A stretch of 64,000 bases of DNA, taken from positions 96,001 to 160,000 of the forward strand of contig CAYLXA010000005.1 in NCBI GenBank assembly GCA_964387845.1. The letters run 5' to 3'. The notes under the pieces are model-generated. The model had not been told where the DNA came from. It made no database searches and saw only the letters and a program-made list of their open reading frames with translations. The position numbers were made by a program, and so were the translations under genes. Shown in pieces: positions 59,663 to 64,000 of this stretch; position 1 is the stretch's first letter; each line of letters starts with the position of its first letter. This stretch comes from an uncultured bacterium. Lineage in GTDB: Bacteria; Omnitrophota; Omnitrophia; Omnitrophales; Abzuiibacteriaceae.

Positions 59663-61381
59663 ATGAGCAAGATCACAAGCCGCGGCGTCGGAGTCGGTTT
59701 AAGAAAAGAGCACTACCCATCGATTCTTGAAAAATGGCCGCCCATGGATTGGTTTGAGGCCATTTCCGAGAATTACATGGATACGGGCGGCCGGCCGCTT
59801 GCTGCTTTGGAAAAAGTTCGTGCGCATTATCCCGTCGCGCTTCACGGTACTTCGATGTCGCTTGGCTCTACCGATCCTTTCCATCCCGATTATTTGCCCC
59901 GTCTGAAAAAATTAATCGATCGCATCGATCCTTTTATTGTTTCGGACCACCTTTGCTGGTCCGGCGTCGACAAAAACCACCTTTACGACTTACTGCCGCT
60001 TCCGTTTACCGAAGAGGCCATCCGGCACTTGGTTTCGCGCATTCAGCAGGTCCAGGAATATTTGGGGCGCTCCATCCTGATTGAAAATGTTTCGACTTAC
60101 ATCACTTTCAAGAACTCCGAAATCAGCGAATGGGAATTTATTTCCGAAATTTCAAAGCGTTCAGGATGCGGCATTCTGCTTGATCTCAACAACATTTATG
60201 TCAATTCCGTTAATCACCATTTTGACCCTTTCGACTATATTCAAAACATTCCAACCGAAGCCGTCGGTCAGTTTCATTTGGCGGGGCACACGGATATGGG
60301 AAAATATTTATTTGATACACACAGCGGTGCCGTGATTGACCGGGTTTGGGATCTGTACCGGAAAGCACTTGAGCGATTCGGACAAGTTTCAACCTTAATC
60401 GAGTGGGACGCCGAAATCCCGAGTTTCGAGAAGTTATCCGAAGAAGCCGCGAAAGCGCGGAATGTTTACAAAGAGTTTCCAGCCGTTGTTGCGAGGCATG
60501 AACCAAGCGGCGCCGAAGCAATCTCTGAATCGCAGATTGCTTCGACATCAACTTTGGAAACATCTCGCAATGACCGCAAAATTTTACTTTCCGAAATTCA
60601 AAAAAAATTCAGGCCCCGAATCCAGCCAAAGCGCCAGGCATTTGATCCTGCCGGCGAAGTTTTGAATCCCCAGGGCGGCGATCCGGGCGAAGTGCGCCTT
60701 GATGTTTACTCAAACGGTTATGTTGCGAGGTTCCAGGAGTCGCTCTCAGAAGTGTTCGAAGCTGTACACGCAGTCTTGGGCGATAGCGCATTCTATGATT
60801 TGGCGAGCGAATACACATTTCATTATCCGTCGATGCATTACAATTTAAATTTAGTCGGCTGTCATTTTCCGGATTTTTTAAAAACGCACCCGCTTTCAAA
60901 AAAAGTTCCTTTTTTGGCTGATTTGGCGCAGCTCGAGTGGCAAATTTCAGCGGCTTTTCATGCCTACGATATCGAGCCGATCAATCCGGCGCAGCTTGCG
61001 TCGATTCCGGCGGAGGAGTGGGAAGATCTGAGGGTGACTTTTCAGCCGTCGGTTTCGCTGCTTTCGTCGACATGGCCCGTGCTCGATATTTGGCTGAAAC
61101 GGCATGAGCGCGCAGAGCGAGTCAATATCGACTTAGAAAACAGGCCTCAACATGTATTAATCGGGCGCCGCGAACTTCAAGTCCGGTGCGAATTTTTGGA
61201 TTCACTCCAGTTTCACTTAATCAAAGGACTTTTAAACGGCCAAACGCTGGGCGAGGTATGCGGTGAGTTGGCGGATTTGGTTGAGGATGAAACCGAAATT
61301 CCCATAACCGATTGGTTTCAGCGCTGGGTCCGGGATCAAATGATTGTTCGCTGCGAATCTGCACGTCAAGCATCTTTGTAA
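59663..61381 (+). CDS. Fused DUF692 (MNIO, MbnB/BufB-like) and DUF2063 (BufC/MbnC-like) protein
   Basis: The N-terminus 'GVGVGLRKEHY...WFEAISENYMD...HGTSMSLGS' is the DUF692 TIM-barrel signature. The ~250 aa C-terminal half resembles the DUF2063 partner domain. Confidence 0.7.
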   Translation: MSKITSRGVGVGLRKEHYPSILEKWPPMDWFEAISENYMDTGGRPLAALEKVRAHYPVALHGTSMSLGSTDPFHPDYLPRLKKLIDRIDPFIVSDHLCWSGVDKNHLYDLLPLPFTEEAIRHLVSRIQQVQEYLGRSILIENVSTYITFKNSEISEWEFISEISKRSGCGILLDLNNIYVNSVNHHFDPFDYIQNIPTEAVGQFHLAGHTDMGKYLFDTHSGAVIDRVWDLYRKALERFGQVSTLIEWDAEIPSFEKLSEEAAKARNVYKEFPAVVARHEPSGAEAISESQIASTSTLETSRNDRKILLSEIQKKFRPRIQPKRQAFDPAGEVLNPQGGDPGEVRLDVYSNGYVARFQESLSEVFEAVHAVLGDSAFYDLASEYTFHYPSMHYNLNLVGCHFPDFLKTHPLSKKVPFLADLAQLEWQISAAFHAYDIEPINPAQLASIPAEEWEDLRVTFQPSVSLLSSTWPVLDIWLKRHERAERVNIDLENRPQHVLIGRRELQVRCEFLDSLQFHLIKGLLNGQTLGEVCGELADLVEDETEIPITDWFQRWVRDQMIVRCESARQASL

Positions 61382-61517
61382 GTTATTTTACCATAATAGT
61401 TTATATAAATTCCATTGGTCGCCCATTGACGGCACTGTTTTTACTGGTTATTATTATCAGGTCAGTTTCGGAATCAATCTTTGATTCAATTCGAGCGAGT
61501 TTATCAGGAGGAAAAAG

Positions 61518-61817
61518 ATGAAAAAGTTTTTTGCAGTGTTTGCAGTTTTGTTTTTGGCGGTTTTTGTGTTTTCAAGCCCGGCACTTCTTATTGCCGAGGA
61601 AGCAGCTCAACCGGCAGCTCCGGAAGAGCCTGTTGTTGAGCCTGCTGTAGCCGAACCCGCGGATGCATTGGTGGATGAAATGGATTCGGAAGAGTATTTT
61701 GATGAAGCCAAGGTTCTTCGTGATGCAGCGGCAAAGCTGAAAGGAATGGCGGGCGATGCGGAAGCTCAAAAGTTAGCCGGCCAGCTCGAAGAATTAGCGT
61801 CTGATTACGAATATTAA
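61518..61817 (+). CDS. Secreted acidic hypothetical protein
   Basis: A signal peptide 'FFAVFAVLFLAVFVFSSPALLIA' followed by a Glu/Ala/Pro-rich segment. Confidence 0.55.
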   Translation: MKKFFAVFAVLFLAVFVFSSPALLIAEEAAQPAAPEEPVVEPAVAEPADALVDEMDSEEYFDEAKVLRDAAAKLKGMAGDAEAQKLAGQLEELASDYEY

Positions 61818-61837
61818 TCGATTGTAGTTTGTTCACC

Positions 61838-61876
61838 AAAAAGGCCAGCAGCTGAACACTGCTGGCCTTTTTTTCT
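61838..61876 (+). terminator. Rho-independent terminator
   Basis: 'aaggccagcag-ctgaacact-gctggcctt' followed by a T-tract. Confidence 0.8.
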
Positions 61877-61887
61877 CAGGGAAGTTC

Positions 61888-64000
61888 ATGCCGTCTCACT
61901 CACAAAAGTCTCCCAATCATCTGATCCGGGAAAAAAGTCCCTATCTTTTGCAGCACGCCTATAATCCGGTCCATTGGTATCCGTGGGGCGGGGAAGCTTT
62001 TCAAAAATCCAAACTCGAAGACAAGCCCATCTTTCTTTCGATCGGATACTCAACCTGCCACTGGTGCCACGTAATGGAAGAAGAATCTTTCGAGAATCAA
62101 GCGGTCGCGGATATCCTGAACGAATATTTTGTATCGATCAAAGTGGACCGGGAAGAGCGGCCGGACGTGGACGGTATTTATATGAAAGCTGTCATGGCCA
62201 TGACCGGCTCAGGCGGTTGGCCGATGAGTGTTTTTCTGACACCGGATTTAGAACCTTTTTACGGCGGCACATATTTTCCGCCGGAAAGCCGCTACGGGCG
62301 TCCGGGATTCCTTACCATCTTGAATGCGATTGCGGATAAATGGAAAACCGAGAAAGGTTCTATGACAAGCGCCGGCAAAGAATTAGCCGGAGCGCTTCGG
62401 GCCGATTCGGAAAACGAGCCCGGTCAAAAAGCCGCATTGGATCAAAAGCTGCTTTCGGTTGCTTTTCATCAATTGGAATCCCAATATGACGGAGCCTTGG
62501 GCGGATTCGGCGGAGCACCGAAATTTCCGCGAAGCCACGTTATGTCTTACTTGTTCCGGTTTTGGAAACGCTCAGGGGAATCCGTGGCACTTGATATGTC
62601 GCTTCAAACGCTGCGTGAAATGGCGAAGGGCGGCATGTATGACCATGTGGGCGGCGGATTTCACCGATACTCCACCGATGCCAAATGGCACATCCCGCAT
62701 TTCGAAAAAATGCTTTACGACCAGGCGCTGATCGCCAAAACCTATCTCGAAGCATATCAGGCCACGCATGAGGAAAACTTTGCAAATGTAGCAGGGGAAA
62801 TATTTAATTATGTGCTCCATGATATGAAAGCCCCCGAGGGGGCATTCTATTCTGCCGAAGATGCCGATAGCTTGCCGGAGAAAGACTCAGCCAAAAAAAC
62901 AGAAGGCGCATTTTATATTTGGAGCGAGAAAGAAATTTTGGCGCTCTTGGGTGAAAAAAACGGAAAGTTTTTTAATTTCATCTTTGGTGTTGAACCGGAC
63001 GGCAATGCCGAAACCGATCCTCATGGTGAGTTTACCGGAAAGAATATTTTGTACTTAGCGCATTCGATTGATGAAGCGGCAAAAAATTTTAATAAAACCG
63101 AAGAAGAAATCAAAAAAATCGTCCGAGAATCAAAAACCATCTTACTAAAAGCGCGCGCAGAACGCCCAAAACCGCATCTGGATGACAAAATTTTGGCCGA
63201 CTGGAACGGCTTGATGATTTCAGCGCTCGCATCGGGTTCGCTCATTCTTCGAAATCCGTGCTATGCGGAGGTTGCTTGCAAAGCCGCCGATTTCATTATG
63301 GAGAAAATGACGATTCACGGGAAACTCATGCACCGTTACCGCGACGGAGAAGTGGCAATCGAAGGATTTCTGGATGATTATGCGTTTTTCTCGAACGCGC
63401 TTTTGGATCTTTATGAGGCGACTTTTCAGGTGCGGTATTTGAGTGAAGCGGCTCGGTTGGTTGAAAGAATGAATGCGCTTTTTTGGGATGGAAAAAGCGG
63501 AGGCTACTTTTTCTCAAGCTCTGGCGGCGAAAAATTGATTGCTCGAAGTAAGGAAATTTATGATGGCGCGATTCCTTCGGGGAATTCCGTAGCGGCAATG
63601 GTATTGGTTCGGCTTAACCGGATGACGGCAAAATCCGAATACGAAAAGCGTGCCGGTGAATTATTCGACGCGTTTTCTGTTCAGCTTGCGCAGTTTCCGG
63701 CCGGATATCCGCAGATGATGATGGCGTTTGATTTTTCGCAAGGCCCCTCGCGCGAAATCGTGATCGCGGGCAATCAAAAAGCCGAAGAGGTCCGGAAAAT
63801 AGCCGATATAATATTCAGCACATTTTCGCCGAACCAAGTAGTTCTGTTTCATCCTCAGGACGGAAGTGAGGCAGAAGCGGTTGAGCAGTTGGCACCGTTC
63901 GTGAAGAGCCAAGGACTTGTGAGCGGCAAACCGGCGGTTTATATTTGTGAGAATTACACATGTTCGCTTCCTGTGACGGATGTGTCAGATTTAAAAAAGA
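61888..64000 (+). CDS. Thioredoxin-domain protein of the YyaL/DUF255 family (3' end beyond the window)
   Basis: The frame is open from the ATG at 61888 to the window end. It encodes '[14 protein letters not shown]...[19 protein letters not shown]', with an (alpha/alpha)6-like remainder and '[14 protein letters not shown]' near the end. It is absent from the ORF track because there is no stop in the window. Confidence 0.85.
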   Translation, partial: MPSHSQKSPNHLIREKSPYLLQHAYNPVHWYPWGGEAFQKSKLEDKPIFLSIGYSTCHWCHVMEEESFENQAVADILNEYFVSIKVDREERPDVDGIYMKAVMAMTGSGGWPMSVFLTPDLEPFYGGTYFPPESRYGRPGFLTILNAIADKWKTEKGSMTSAGKELAGALRADSENEPGQKAALDQKLLSVAFHQLESQYDGALGGFGGAPKFPRSHVMSYLFRFWKRSGESVALDMSLQTLREMAKGGMYDHVGGGFHRYSTDAKWHIPHFEKMLYDQALIAKTYLEAYQATHEENFANVAGEIFNYVLHDMKAPEGAFYSAEDADSLPEKDSAKKTEGAFYIWSEKEILALLGEKNGKFFNFIFGVEPDGNAETDPHGEFTGKNILYLAHSIDEAAKNFNKTEEEIKKIVRESKTILLKARAERPKPHLDDKILADWNGLMISALASGSLILRNPCYAEVACKAADFIMEKMTIHGKLMHRYRDGEVAIEGFLDDYAFFSNALLDLYEATFQVRYLSEAARLVERMNALFWDGKSGGYFFSSSGGEKLIARSKEIYDGAIPSGNSVAAMVLVRLNRMTAKSEYEKRAGELFDAFSVQLAQFPAGYPQMMMAFDFSQGPSREIVIAGNQKAEEVRKIADIIFSTFSPNQVVLFHPQDGSEAEAVEQLAPFVKSQGLVSGKPAVYICENYTCSLPVTDVSDLKK

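Overview
This is a 64 kb chromosomal window, about 48-50% GC, read here as coming from a diderm bacterium because an Mla lipid-transport module is present. Most genes are on the + strand and the housekeeping gene order is strikingly Bacillus-like: (ctsR)-mcsB-clpC, yacL-ispDF-gltX-cysS, tmk-holB, metG-tatD, tsaE-tsaB, a CIRCE-regulated groE locus, guaB-like-guaA, dnaE, and the dnaG-rpoD pair. Between groEL2 (31.35 kb) and the guaB-like gene (44.3 kb) lies a ~12.7 kb AT-skewed accessory island packed with toxin-antitoxin and defense genes and delimited by palindromic structures: a DUF1016/YhcG nuclease, a tripartite hipB-hipS-hipT module with three operator palindromes, an uncharacterised two-gene module, a TcmP (three-Cys-motif partner) plus phage Gp37/Gp68 (DUF5131) pair followed by a MazG-like NTP pyrophosphohydrolase, a putative REase-Vsr-Dcm restriction-modification unit, a PUA/EVE-like domain fused to a PD-(D/E)xK nuclease, an HTH-nucleotidyltransferase/HEPN pair flanked by ~77 bp direct repeats, and HigB/HigA. 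Other notable content is a ~400 nt GC-rich non-coding block with long-range inverted repeats upstream of tmk (unclassified structured RNA or MITE-like), a groEL1-groES-groEL2 arrangement with a perfect CIRCE upstream of groEL1 only and a His-rich tail on GroEL2, a bufferin-like RiPP locus (signal-peptide 6-Cys precursor plus a fused DUF692/MNIO-DUF2063 protein) next to a YyaL-type thioredoxin-domain gene, and two dispersed repeat families (GC-rich REP-like 'gcttgtagcctgcagc' units and an AT-rich palindromic 27-mer). No rRNA, tRNA, CRISPR array, integrase or transposase was recognised.
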